Source: Dehalococcoidales bacterium
GTDB taxonomy: Bacteria > Chloroflexota > Dehalococcoidia > Dehalococcoidales > Fen-1064
Length of the DNA stretch: 64,000 bases
NCBI GenBank assembly: GCA_016783135.1
Contig: JADHXC010000004.1
Location: 2,798-66,797, forward strand
Direction of reading: 5' to 3'
Shown piece by piece: positions 1 to 8,939 of the stretch (the first letter of the stretch is position 1; each line of letters opens with the position of its first letter). The translations under genes and the position numbers were made by a program. The notes below the pieces were generated by a model that saw only the letters and a program-made list of their open reading frames with translations, did no database searches and was not told the origin of the DNA.

Positions 1-39
1 CCTGGCATGCCTTTAATGTTGTGAGGGCTGAGATTGCGC

Positions 40-84
40 GCCTCTGTTTCAGAGGCATATCGCAAAGGCCGACGAAACGTCGGC
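40..84. other. Twin GC-rich hairpins (7-bp stems, 3-nt loops)
   Basis: gcctctg-ttt-cagaggc (40-56) and gccgacg-aaa-cgtcggc (68-84), read directly. There is no U-tract, so the role (terminator of a gene left of the window, or REP-like) is unresolved. Confidence 0.4.
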
Positions 85-118
85 ACACTCTTCGCAATGA
101 CCGCCACACATCTCCAGC

Positions 119-149
119 TTGACAGCAGGCATGTGACTCGGCCTATAAT
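119..149 (+). promoter_or_regulatory. Candidate sigma-70 promoter upstream of acd-etfBA
   Basis: Perfect TTGACA (119-124) and perfect TATAAT (144-149), but with a long 19-nt spacer. It would leave a ~150-nt leader before the TTG start at 304. Confidence 0.3.
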
Positions 150-303
150 ATGCAATCTGCCATCGGGGTGTGACGGTCCCCGCAGGGTTCGGCGGGTGGT
201 TACCAGTCAAACGGGTCTCCTGACAGCCAGGTCTGGTATCGTGGTCGGGTGTCTATTCCCCCTGGTCAGCCATTGACGAAATACAGGCTTCTGGAGGAGC
301 GTC

Positions 304-1461
304 TTGGATTATGGCCTGAGTGAAGAACAGAAGACATTGAAAAGCCTGGCAAGGCGTATTGCCGAAGAGAGGATTCTACCGGTCCGGGCAGAGCTTGATG
401 AGACCGAGGAGTTCCCCCGGTCAATCATGAAGGACCTTGCCGATAGTGACATGTTCCGTATCTTTATCGCCGAGGAATATGACGGTCTCGGTGGGGGCTG
501 TCTTGACCTGTGCCTGGTGGTTGAGGAACTGAGCCGGGTGTGCAGCGGTGTCACCGTCTGCTACGCCGCCACCGCTCTGGGGGCTTCCGCAATACTAGAA
601 TTCGGTAGTGAGGAGCAAAAGCAGAAGTACCTGCCGGATATTGCTGCCGGTAAAAAGCTGGCTGCTTTCGGCCTGACCGAGTCCACCGCTGGCAGTGACG
701 TCGCTGGTATAAAGACTACCGCCGAAAAGGTACCTGAGGGCTACGTACTAAACGGCACCAAGCAGTTTATCACCAACGGTGGCGAAGCCGAGATATACAC
801 CATTATTGCCCTGACAAACAAATCAAGAGGACCTCGTGGTGCCAGTGCCTTCGTGGTGGAGAAAGACACGCCGGGCTTCACCTTCGGCAAGAAAGAGAAG
901 AAGATGGGCATCCGCACATCCCCCACCAGGGAACTGGTCTTCCGTAACTGCCTGGTCCCGGAAGAGAACCTGATTGGCAGGGAGGGTATGGGGTTCATCA
1001 TGACGATGAGGATACTGGACCGGTCGCGTCCCGGTATTGGTGCCCAGGCTGTGGGTATTGCCCAGGGAGCCCTGGAAGCGGCGGTAGACTACACCGCGCA
1101 GCGTATCCAGTTCGGGAAACCCATCATCTCGCTACCCGTTGTCCAGCAGAAAATAGCGGAGATGGCCACCCAGGTGGAAGCAGCCCGGTTACTGGTGTAC
1201 GGCACAGCCCGGACGATTGACGGCGGTGCCCGGAGCTACACCGAGGAGACGTCCATGGCCAAGGTCTTTGCCTCCGATGTGGCCATGAAGGTCACCACCG
1301 AGGCGGTCCAGGTCTGCGGCGGGGCCGGCTATATGCGTGACTACCCGATGGAAAAGATGATGCGGGACGCCAAGATTACCCAGATATACGAAGGCTCCAA
1401 CGAGATACTCCGGGGCAACATCGCCGTTGCAGTGAGGAAGAGGAAGGCGCGCCGCGAGTAG
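304..1461 (+). CDS. Acyl-CoA dehydrogenase (butyryl/short-medium chain type)
   Basis: 385 aa with TTG start 4 nt after GGAGGAG. The N-terminus MDYGLSEEQ, the motifs GLTESTAGSD and QIYEGSNEI, and the length are typical of the ACAD family. Confidence 0.92.
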   Translation: MDYGLSEEQKTLKSLARRIAEERILPVRAELDETEEFPRSIMKDLADSDMFRIFIAEEYDGLGGGCLDLCLVVEELSRVCSGVTVCYAATALGASAILEFGSEEQKQKYLPDIAAGKKLAAFGLTESTAGSDVAGIKTTAEKVPEGYVLNGTKQFITNGGEAEIYTIIALTNKSRGPRGASAFVVEKDTPGFTFGKKEKKMGIRTSPTRELVFRNCLVPEENLIGREGMGFIMTMRILDRSRPGIGAQAVGIAQGALEAAVDYTAQRIQFGKPIISLPVVQQKIAEMATQVEAARLLVYGTARTIDGGARSYTEETSMAKVFASDVAMKVTTEAVQVCGGAGYMRDYPMEKMMRDAKITQIYEGSNEILRGNIAVAVRKRKARRE

Positions 1462-1542
1462 GGGCTCTTCCGGGGGGCCTGAGGGCACTCTTCTGTCATA
1501 GCACGGGGCATAGCACGAGGAAATGGGGAGCGGCGGACGGGA

Positions 1543-2328
1543 ATGAACATAGTTGTCTGTCTCAAACAGGTCCCGGGCACCACTGATGTCAGGATTGACC
1601 CGGAGACGAACACCCTCCGGAGACAGGGCATTAAGAATATCGTCAACCCGTTCGATACCTACGCCCTTGAAGAGGGAGTCCGCCTCAAGGAGCGCTATGG
1701 CGGCAAGGTCACGGCCATCAGTATGGGGCCTCCCCAGGCTGAGGAGATACTCCGCGAGGCCATCAGTTGCGGTGCTGATGAAGCCATCCTCCTCAGTGAC
1801 GCTGCCTTTGCCGGCGCCGATACCCTGGCTACTTCCTATACGCTTTCGCAGGCGATGCGGAAGATTGAGCAGTACGACCTGGTAATCTGCGGTCGGCAGA
1901 CCATAGATGGCGATACCGGCCAGGTCGGTCCGGAGCTTGCCGAATGGCTGGACGTCCCGTTTGCTGCCTACGTCAGCAAGGTCGAGGAGATAAATGGCGA
2001 CCTGATGAAGGTCGAGCGTATGGTTGAGGACGGGCATGAGATTGTGGAGATGCCCCTGCCCGGCATAATCACCGTCACGAAGGAGATAAACGTGCCCCGC
2101 CTTCCGTCGCTGCGCGGGATGGCTCGGTCCAGGAAGGCAGAGATACCGGTGTGGACAGCGGGAGACCTAGGGGTGGATGAAGGCATGGTGGGTCTGTCCG
2201 GCTCGGCAACAACGGTTGTCAGGGTGTTCTTCCCCGAGCGTATCCACGAGGGTGAGATGCTTGAGGGCGACCCGGAAAGCCAGGTGGACGCCCTGCTTGA
2301 GAAGCTCAGGGAAGCCAGGATAGCGTAG
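1543..2328 (+). CDS. etfB: Electron transfer flavoprotein beta subunit
   Basis: 261 aa. MNIVVCLKQVP...NPFD...GRQTIDGDTGQVGP are EtfB hallmarks. It lies directly between acd and etfA. Confidence 0.92.
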   Translation: MNIVVCLKQVPGTTDVRIDPETNTLRRQGIKNIVNPFDTYALEEGVRLKERYGGKVTAISMGPPQAEEILREAISCGADEAILLSDAAFAGADTLATSYTLSQAMRKIEQYDLVICGRQTIDGDTGQVGPELAEWLDVPFAAYVSKVEEINGDLMKVERMVEDGHEIVEMPLPGIITVTKEINVPRLPSLRGMARSRKAEIPVWTAGDLGVDEGMVGLSGSATTVVRVFFPERIHEGEMLEGDPESQVDALLEKLREARIA

Positions 2329-2342
2329 GGGTTGGCGGCGAT

Positions 2343-3527
2343 ATGGGGATTCGGGTTGATATTGACGAATGTACCGGCTGTGGCAGTTGCATTGATGCCT
2401 GTCCCTTCGGTCTGATTGAGATAATCGACGACGTAGCCCGGATAGGGGAGGGCTGCAACCTCTGCGGTGCCTGCCGGGATGTCTGTCCCGTCGATGCCAT
2501 TATTATCGATGTAGTTGCCGACACAGCCCCGGCGGACGATTCCTATCGTGGTGTCTGGGTGTTTGCCGAGCGGCAGGACGGCGAGATACGGGGAGTGGGC
2601 TACGAGCTTCTCTCAAAAGGCAGAGAGCTTGCCGATGCTCTGAACACGGAGCTCTGCGCGGTATGCTTCGGCCACAATCCGGATGGCATCGAGCAACTGA
2701 CAGCCTGCGGAGCCGACCGTGTCTACCTTGTCGATGACCCTTCCCTTGCCTCTCAACAGGAGGAGGTCTACGCCGCCGAGCTGGTCCGGCTTATCCGGGA
2801 GCGCAGGCCGGAGATTGTCCTTGCCGGAGCGACGTCTTTCGGGCGGGCTTTCTTCCCCCGCGTGGCCGCCGTCCTCAAGACGGGCCTGACCGCCGACTGC
2901 ACCGGGCTTGATATCGACACCGAAAAAAGGCTCCTTTTACAGACGCGTCCCACCTTTGGCGGCAACATCATGGCCACTATTGTCTGCCAGACAAGGCGAC
3001 CGCAGATGTCCACCGTCCGCCCGCGGGTCTTCAAGCGCAACACGCCGGACACCTCCCGTAAGGGAGGCATCATCAGGGTTGATTTCGACAAAGAACGCGT
3101 CACCGCCCGCACCAGACTGCTTGATTTCGTGAAGGACCTCACCGAGAAGGTGAAACTGGAGGATGCCGACATCATTGTCTCCGGAGGCAGGGGACTGGGC
3201 AAACCGGAGAACTTCGACCTCATACGGGAACTGGCCGACGCCCTGGGTGCAGCCGTAGGTTCCTCCCGGCCGCCGGTGGACGAGGGCTGGATTCCCTATT
3301 CCCACCAGGTAGGACAGACGGGCAAGACGGTCTGCCCCAGGCTCTATATTGCCTGCGGTATCTCCGGGGCGGTGCAGCACCTGGCCGGTATGCAGACCAC
3401 CGACATGATTGTGGCCATCAACGACGACCCCGCCGCGCCGATATTCGAGGTAGCCACGTACGGTCTGGTTGGCGACCTCTTCAAGATAGTGCCGCTGCTG
3501 ACGGAGAAGCTGAAAGGAGGTCAGTAA
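2343..3527 (+). CDS. etfA: Electron transfer flavoprotein alpha subunit with N-terminal 2x[4Fe-4S] ferredoxin domain
   Basis: 394 aa. The N-terminus carries CTGCGSCIDACP and CNLCGACRDVCP. The C-terminal part has SGGRG, SRP.VD.GW and IACGISGAVQH, which are EtfA FAD-binding motifs. Confidence 0.92.
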   Translation: MGIRVDIDECTGCGSCIDACPFGLIEIIDDVARIGEGCNLCGACRDVCPVDAIIIDVVADTAPADDSYRGVWVFAERQDGEIRGVGYELLSKGRELADALNTELCAVCFGHNPDGIEQLTACGADRVYLVDDPSLASQQEEVYAAELVRLIRERRPEIVLAGATSFGRAFFPRVAAVLKTGLTADCTGLDIDTEKRLLLQTRPTFGGNIMATIVCQTRRPQMSTVRPRVFKRNTPDTSRKGGIIRVDFDKERVTARTRLLDFVKDLTEKVKLEDADIIVSGGRGLGKPENFDLIRELADALGAAVGSSRPPVDEGWIPYSHQVGQTGKTVCPRLYIACGISGAVQHLAGMQTTDMIVAINDDPAAPIFEVATYGLVGDLFKIVPLLTEKLKGGQ

Positions 3528-3528
3528 A

Positions 3529-4017
3529 TTGAAGGACAAACTTTACGAACAATCAGAGACAGGCTGCTGCCCGCGATTTGACCCGGAGCCCTGGGACGAA
3601 AAAGAGGTAACCTTGCAGGACAAGCTATTCCTCAAAGACCATGTTAGAAGCTTTCTGCATATCCCGCTGAACATGGAAAAAGTAATGGTAAGAAATATGA
3701 CCAGGATTCAGGAAGCGGACGCCCTTGCCCCTGAGCCGCTGATGCTTTCGGATGAGAAATCGCTTTGGGGCTCCGATATCTACATTGCGGTCAGCAAAGA
3801 AGTGCCGGGAGCAGAGATGACAAGAGTCTCGGGAACATTTCTAACCAAGGTTTTTGAAGGGCCATACTCGAACACCGGCAAGTGGGTTAAAGAAATGAAA
3901 GCTCATGTCAAATCAAAGGGCAAGGAGCTCAAGAAACTGTATTTCTTCTATACCACCTGCCCGGCATGTGCCAAGGTTTACGGCAAAAACTACACCGTTT
4001 TGCTGGCTACGGTTTAG
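3529..4017 (+). CDS. Conserved hypothetical Cys-containing protein (CCPRFDPEPWD ... CPACAKVYG); low-GC cassette gene
   Basis: 162-aa ORF with TTG start 1 nt after the etfA stop. GC is clearly lower than the neighbours. I do not recognise a family with confidence. Confidence 0.55.
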   Translation: MKDKLYEQSETGCCPRFDPEPWDEKEVTLQDKLFLKDHVRSFLHIPLNMEKVMVRNMTRIQEADALAPEPLMLSDEKSLWGSDIYIAVSKEVPGAEMTRVSGTFLTKVFEGPYSNTGKWVKEMKAHVKSKGKELKKLYFFYTTCPACAKVYGKNYTVLLATV

Positions 4018-4040
4018 ATGACCCAGGGAAGAGGGCCGGT

Positions 4041-4091
4041 GACCTCTTCAGGATAGTGCCGCTGCTGACGGAGAGGTTGAGGAGTGGGTGA
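4041..4091 (+). repeat. Duplicated 3' end of etfA (orphan copy, reads DLFRIVPLLTERLRSG*)
   Basis: The first 34 nt match 3474-3507 at 33/34 positions, and the copy continues in frame to its own TGA. Compare the genuine etfA tail DLFKIVPLLTEKLKGGQ*. Confidence 0.85.
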
Positions 4092-4224
4092 GTTCGCTAG
4101 GACATCGGTGTTCGTCGCGAGGAGAAACCGGACGGGGAATTGCCGTGTACTGAGGCTATGACCCGTCTGTCCGGGTCAAATAGGGGTTTGGAGGGACGAG
4201 GCCTGCCCTCCAGAGGAGTGCTTG

Positions 4225-4845
4225 ATGGTTACTAGAGAAGGTGACAGGAACAGACGCCTGCCCGGTGTTGGATACCTGTTTTTCAGTCTCCTTGTTATTG
4301 CCGGGCTGGTTACCCTGGCAGCGTTTACCCTAGGGATACGGGAGGACACGGCGTTCGGCTTTCTGGCTCCGTACAGGCAGTATCTCGTGGCGGTAGAGTT
4401 CGTGGCCCTCGGGGTGCTGGCCATTGAGATGGTCGGTCGCTGGCTGCATCGCTTGGCACTTCTGCGAATGAGGCCCGATAGTGCTGCAGCCGTGCGCATC
4501 ATCGTGCGCATTGTCGCCTACGGGGTCCTTCTCTCGGCTGTGGTCTCAATTCTTACTGCCAATATCGCTGCCGCACTGACAACCGGGGCCTTTGCCGGGA
4601 TGGTCGCCGGGCTGGGGACACAGACGGTTATCGGCAACGCTGTCGCCGGTATCTTCGTGGCCCTCTATCGTCCGATTCGCATTGACGATGACGTAACCAT
4701 AGTTGGCAACACGGGCAGAGTGAGCAATATCACCCTGATGCACACAGTACTGTCCACGGTCGACGGGGAAATCCTGATACCCAGTGCCCAGATTATCTCC
4801 ACCGTGTTGGTCCGGCACAAGCAGACCGGCGCAGGACAATCATGA
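4225..4845 (+). CDS. Small mechanosensitive ion channel (MscS-like) family protein
   Basis: ATG 6 nt after AGAGGAG. There are N-terminal TM helices, then an MscS beta-domain pattern: IGNAVAGIFVALYRPIRIDDDVTIVGNTGRVSNITLMHTVL...DGEILIPSAQI. Confidence 0.75.
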   Translation: MVTREGDRNRRLPGVGYLFFSLLVIAGLVTLAAFTLGIREDTAFGFLAPYRQYLVAVEFVALGVLAIEMVGRWLHRLALLRMRPDSAAAVRIIVRIVAYGVLLSAVVSILTANIAAALTTGAFAGMVAGLGTQTVIGNAVAGIFVALYRPIRIDDDVTIVGNTGRVSNITLMHTVLSTVDGEILIPSAQIISTVLVRHKQTGAGQS

Positions 4846-4895
4846 GTGACTTCGTCGGTTGGGTCTCAAGAGCCAAGTACCGGAAGTAGCAAGTC

Positions 4896-5645
4896 ATGAC
4901 CACATACTCAGACTATGACCCGTTTGCCTGGGTCTACAACAAGTACTGGGGTGACGATTTCACCCCGCGTGTCTTTCCTATCCTAGAGCAGCTTGTGCTC
5001 CGGCAGCTTCCCGCCGGGGCGCATATCCTCGACCTCTGCTGCGGTACCGGGCAGCTTGCCGGGACACTGACCGCCCTCGGTTACCGCGTCACCGGTGTTG
5101 ACGGCTCATCGGAGATGCTGTGTTTCGCCCGCGAAAACGCCCCGGACGCCGAATTTGTCCACGCCGATGCCCGTTCCTTCACGCTGCCGGACAGCCATGA
5201 TGCCGTCGTCAGCGTCTTTGACAGTCTGAACCACGTCATGACCCTGGAGGAGCTGACAGCGGCCTTCCGCAACGTCCACGCCGTCCTGCGTGAGGGTGGG
5301 TCGTTCTTCTTCGACCTTAACATGGCGGCGGGCTATGGCTTCACCTGGAATGACAACTTCGGCATCGTCGAGGAGGACCACCTCTGTATTGTCCGCACCA
5401 GCTACAACCCCGACGAGAAAATCGCCCGATTCGATACCACCATCATGCTCCTCGAGGACGGCTGGGAGCGGAAGGACGTGACCCTCCTCCAGAAGTGCTA
5501 CTCTCCTGCTGAGGTACTCTCTGCCCTGGCGGAAGCCGGCTTCACCGATGTGGAGACCTGCGCCCATGATGAGCGTGAGGGCATGACTGGCCTGACCGAA
5601 AGCGCCGACCGGGGTTTCTTCCTTTGCCGGAAGCCGACCTTGTAG
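4896..5645 (+). CDS. Class I SAM-dependent methyltransferase
   Basis: 249 aa. Motif I is ILDLCCGTGQL, followed by GVDGSSEML and post-I/II patterns. Confidence 0.85.
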   Translation: MTTYSDYDPFAWVYNKYWGDDFTPRVFPILEQLVLRQLPAGAHILDLCCGTGQLAGTLTALGYRVTGVDGSSEMLCFARENAPDAEFVHADARSFTLPDSHDAVVSVFDSLNHVMTLEELTAAFRNVHAVLREGGSFFFDLNMAAGYGFTWNDNFGIVEEDHLCIVRTSYNPDEKIARFDTTIMLLEDGWERKDVTLLQKCYSPAEVLSALAEAGFTDVETCAHDEREGMTGLTESADRGFFLCRKPTL

Positions 5646-5884
5646 GCGACTCCAACCGGACAAGAACGTCGCCGCTGTTTGCGCCTTCCTACCCGACAGG
5701 CGTACACTGTAACCATTATCCGGTATTCGGCGGCATGTTCGTTCATTCCTCCGGGATATTCATCCCACAAAATCAGGACTAGCGGGAGTATTGCGTGAGA
5801 GGCGGTTCACCCAGATACACTGGACAGGGCGATGATCCTGAGATAGGAATCGGAGGGGGTGGAGGATTTTCCCATCTTCTGAAC

Positions 5885-7099
5885 ATGCGGACTTTTACGT
5901 CCTTCAAGAACCCGGTATTCCGTCTCTACTTCGTAGCACTGCTGGGTCAGATGGCGGCGATGAACATGCAAATGTTTGCCCGCCTGTGGCTGATGAAGGA
6001 GCTAACTAATTCGCCGGCCATCGTGGGAGCAACAGCTTTCGCTCACGCGGTACCTATGCTCGGCCTGTCCCTTTTTGGCGGGGTGATAGCGGACCGGTTG
6101 CAGAAGAAGTACGTGATGCTCATTGGCCAGGTAGGCTCGGCACTCGCTGTCCTGGGCGTTGCCGTTGCCCTGTCCCTTGGTTATCTCAGTCCCGAAGTCG
6201 AGGGTTCGTTCTGGATACTGGTCGGGGCCTCCGTTCTGCAGGGGACCATCATGGCTCTCATGATGCCCTCCCGCCAGGCCATCCTCCCCGAGATAGTCGG
6301 TGAGGAACAACTGATGAACGCCCTTTCGCTGAATAACCTGGGTATGAACGTGCTCCGCGTCATGGCCCCCGCGGCCTGCGGCTTCCTCATAAAGGAGCTG
6401 GACTATGCTGTCGTTTACTACATCATGTCCGGGATGTACGTTGTGGCGGTCGTGTTTATTGCTCTTCTACCCCGCACCAGTACCATCACCGTTGGCGGTG
6501 GCGGTGCCCTCGACGGTATTAAGGAGGGTCTCAAGTACCTGCGGGGTCAGACCACCATCATACTCGTCCTTCTCTTGACTCTCGTCGCCGTGGTACTTTC
6601 CATGCCCTACATGTACCTCCTGCCCTTTTTGTGCGAGGATGTCCTGCACGTCGATGAAGCTGGCGGCGGAATGCTATTGAGCGTTTCCGGTATCGGTGCC
6701 ATCGTCGCCTCGCTCGTTCTCGCTTCTCTTCCCAACAAGAAACGCGGCCTGATGCTGCTGGCCAGTTGTCTTGTATTGGGGCTGGCCCTGACTGCCTTCT
6801 CGATGTCTCAGTCCTGGTACCTGTCGCTGACTCTGATGGTCTTCGTCGGGCTGGGAACAACGGGACGGATGACCCTGGGCAATACCCTCATCCAGTACTA
6901 TGTTGAAGATGAGTACCGCGGCCGTGTGATGAGTATCTACATGATGGAGTTCGGGCTGACCAGCTTCGGGACCTTTGCCGCAGGGGTTATGGGAGAGGCC
7001 TGGGGAGTTCAGTGGGCAATTGGCGGGTTTGCTGTCGGCCTGGTCATCGTGTCTCTGGTGACCCTCTTCTTCGCCCGCCGGATACGCCAGCTGGACTAG
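5885..7099 (+). CDS. MFS transporter
   Basis: About 12 predicted TM segments. The N-terminus FKNPVFRLYFVALLGQ is typical of MFS_3/enterobactin-exporter-like proteins. The ORF-track start at 5795 adds a Gly-rich non-membrane extension, so I prefer the ATG at 5885. Confidence 0.8.
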   Translation: MRTFTSFKNPVFRLYFVALLGQMAAMNMQMFARLWLMKELTNSPAIVGATAFAHAVPMLGLSLFGGVIADRLQKKYVMLIGQVGSALAVLGVAVALSLGYLSPEVEGSFWILVGASVLQGTIMALMMPSRQAILPEIVGEEQLMNALSLNNLGMNVLRVMAPAACGFLIKELDYAVVYYIMSGMYVVAVVFIALLPRTSTITVGGGGALDGIKEGLKYLRGQTTIILVLLLTLVAVVLSMPYMYLLPFLCEDVLHVDEAGGGMLLSVSGIGAIVASLVLASLPNKKRGLMLLASCLVLGLALTAFSMSQSWYLSLTLMVFVGLGTTGRMTLGNTLIQYYVEDEYRGRVMSIYMMEFGLTSFGTFAAGVMGEAWGVQWAIGGFAVGLVIVSLVTLFFARRIRQLD

Positions 7100-7146
7100 C
7101 AGGCCGACGGAAAGACCCCTTTTTGGCCATTCACTCTGATAAAAGT

Positions 7147-7542
7147 CTACCGGATGCAGCTTGCCTCGCCGACGACTATCTTGTCCTGCGCCTGGTTTTC
7201 CATCCAGACGTCCAGCTTGACGCGGGTGCCGGCTTCCTCCGGCTCTAACGCGGTGACCAGCCCGTGCGTGGTCACTACGTCGCCATTTATCGCGCCGCCG
7301 CCGATGTAGGACACTTTGATTCTACCGTGGTACAACCACTTCTCACCGAAGTAGCCGTACAGCATCTCGAGGATATAGCTGAGGAGTGTGGAACCGCCAA
7401 TCAGTGCCCCGCGCATACCGAAGTCCCGGGCATAGTCATCGGTGTGGATGACGTTACGGGTATCGGGGTCGATTGGCATATAGGCCGTTTTCGTCAGGGT
7501 AGGGATTTCGTTGCCGACTGTTGTCTGTCCTGTCGTTTCCAT
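7147..7542 (-). CDS. MaoC-like (R)-specific enoyl-CoA hydratase, hotdog fold (catalytic subunit)
   Basis: 131 aa. The hydratase-2-like motif is D..N.IHTDDYA. It is adjacent to a second hotdog ORF. Confidence 0.8.
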   Translation of the reverse strand: METTGQTTVGNEIPTLTKTAYMPIDPDTRNVIHTDDYARDFGMRGALIGGSTLLSYILEMLYGYFGEKWLYHGRIKVSYIGGGAINGDVVTTHGLVTALEPEEAGTRVKLDVWMENQAQDKIVVGEASCIR

Positions 7543-7554
7543 CCTGCCTCCTCG

Positions 7555-7968
7555 CTATTCTACGTACACTCCGGTTTCGCGACTCCGCAGTATTACCTCG
7601 CCGGACTCGTCCGTGGTCTCCAGTTCGGTCACTATGTAGTTACGGCCTCGCCTGGTGTACTTGTCGACGATTTTGCCGCTGATGAATATCCTGCTTCCAA
7701 CCTTCATCGGCTTCAGGAATTCTTGCTCGCTCTTTGCCCAGATGGAGACGCGCATCGCCGGCAGGGCATCGAACTTCATCCGGGCGTGATGCGAGATTGT
7801 GAGCCCGGGTGCGGCAAGTCCTTTCTCCACCAGTCCGCCCGCCTGCCACCGGACCAGGTCCATCCTGTCCCTGACGGTCTCCTCGTCCAGGGTCATCTCG
7901 AACGTGCCCATATCCTGACCGATGGTGATAGCTTCGAAGTTCTTCTGACTGTCCGTTGGAGTGCTCAT
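7555..7968 (-). CDS. MaoC-N/hotdog-fold protein (non-catalytic partner, HadA-like)
   Basis: 137 aa. A hotdog-like C-terminal sheet pattern (GKIVDKYTRRGRNYIVTELETTDESGEVILRSRETGV) is present with no hydratase motif. It sits 12 nt upstream of the MaoC gene. Confidence 0.7.
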   Translation of the reverse strand: MSTPTDSQKNFEAITIGQDMGTFEMTLDEETVRDRMDLVRWQAGGLVEKGLAAPGLTISHHARMKFDALPAMRVSIWAKSEQEFLKPMKVGSRIFISGKIVDKYTRRGRNYIVTELETTDESGEVILRSRETGVYVE

Positions 7969-8152
7969 CTCACGGTCACCTCCCGCGGTTCGGTAACGAG
8001 GTGGGACGTATTGGCGTAATTATAGCAGGGCACTGCCTGTATGTCATACAGGTGGTATTTCATACGGGTCGCATCTCATACCAGTGGGAAAGACATCCCC
8101 GGCTGGGGTTCTGAAACTGCTTCGCGTGCCCGCAATGACAGGGGGCACATCA

Positions 8153-8181
8153 TTGACAAAGCGGCAGGGCTTGCCTAAAGT
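8153..8181 (+). promoter_or_regulatory. Candidate sigma-70 promoter for the corrinoid/methyltransferase pair
   Basis: TTGACA (8153-8158), 17-nt spacer, TAAAGT (8176-8181). Confidence 0.3.
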
Positions 8182-8257
8182 ATAGACTGGTCGATTGAAT
8201 CGGACTGACAACCCCGGCATGTCATATCAGGTGTCCGGTACAGGGAGGGGAAGAACC

Positions 8258-8896
8258 ATGACGGACCTGGTGGAAATCACCCGCAGCCTGGTGGCGATGG
8301 ACATCGAACGGACTGAAGAGCTGACCAGGGCGGCAATAGCTGCCGGTATACCGGCCAGTGAGATACTGGAGAAGGGCCTTATCACCGGGATGCAGACCGT
8401 AGGTGAACAGTTTGAGGCCGGGGAAATCTTCCTGCCCGAACTGCTGATGTCGGGAGAGGCAATGAAGGCCGCCCTCAATCATCTGAAACCCCTGCTCACC
8501 GCTCAGCCCGGCGGCCGGCGCTTCGCCGGTAAGGCAGCCATCGGCACTGTCCAGGGGGATATCCATGACATCGGCAAGAACATCATCATCATGATGCTGG
8601 AAGGTAACGGCTGGGAGGTAACCGACCTCGGTGTTGACGTATCTCCCGAGGACTTTTGCACAGCGGTCAGAGAAAACAATTTCCAGGTCCTCGGGTTATC
8701 CGCCCTGCTGACGATGACCATGCCCAATCAGACCCGCACAATCGAAGCCTTGAAAGCTGCGGGACTGAGGGACAGGGTCAAGGTAGCCATCGGAGGGGCT
8801 GTCTGCACACAGGCCTTCGCCGACCAGATAGGAGCGGACTGCTATGCTGCCGACGCCGCTGACGCAGCGCGGAAGTTCGCTGAGCTGGTCTCGTAA
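8258..8896 (+). CDS. Cobalamin-binding corrinoid protein (methyltransferase cognate, MtaC/MtbC-like)
   Basis: The B12-binding signature GDIHDIGKNI (DxHxxG) is present, along with the SALLT and GG motifs. The ATG at 8258 is preceded by GGAGGGG. The ORF-track start at 8195 lacks an RBS. Confidence 0.85.
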   Translation: MTDLVEITRSLVAMDIERTEELTRAAIAAGIPASEILEKGLITGMQTVGEQFEAGEIFLPELLMSGEAMKAALNHLKPLLTAQPGGRRFAGKAAIGTVQGDIHDIGKNIIIMMLEGNGWEVTDLGVDVSPEDFCTAVRENNFQVLGLSALLTMTMPNQTRTIEALKAAGLRDRVKVAIGGAVCTQAFADQIGADCYAADAADAARKFAELVS

Positions 8897-8939
8897 CTGG
8901 CAGTCACCATTGGTAGATTCCTTCCTGACGAGGTGATAT

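Noticed and set aside
34-276. 80-aa ORF at the left edge
   Set aside because: It has no RBS and an Arg/Ser/Pro-rich composition of low plausibility. It overlaps the twin hairpins and the consensus promoter elements, so it is more likely the leader or promoter region of acd.
7969-8257. Cobalamin riboswitch upstream of the corrinoid-protein gene
   Set aside because: I looked for a B12-box-like core and the conserved multi-stem organisation and could not find them by eye. Only a promoter-like TTGACA/TAAAGT pair is visible. An Infernal scan would be needed to exclude it formally.
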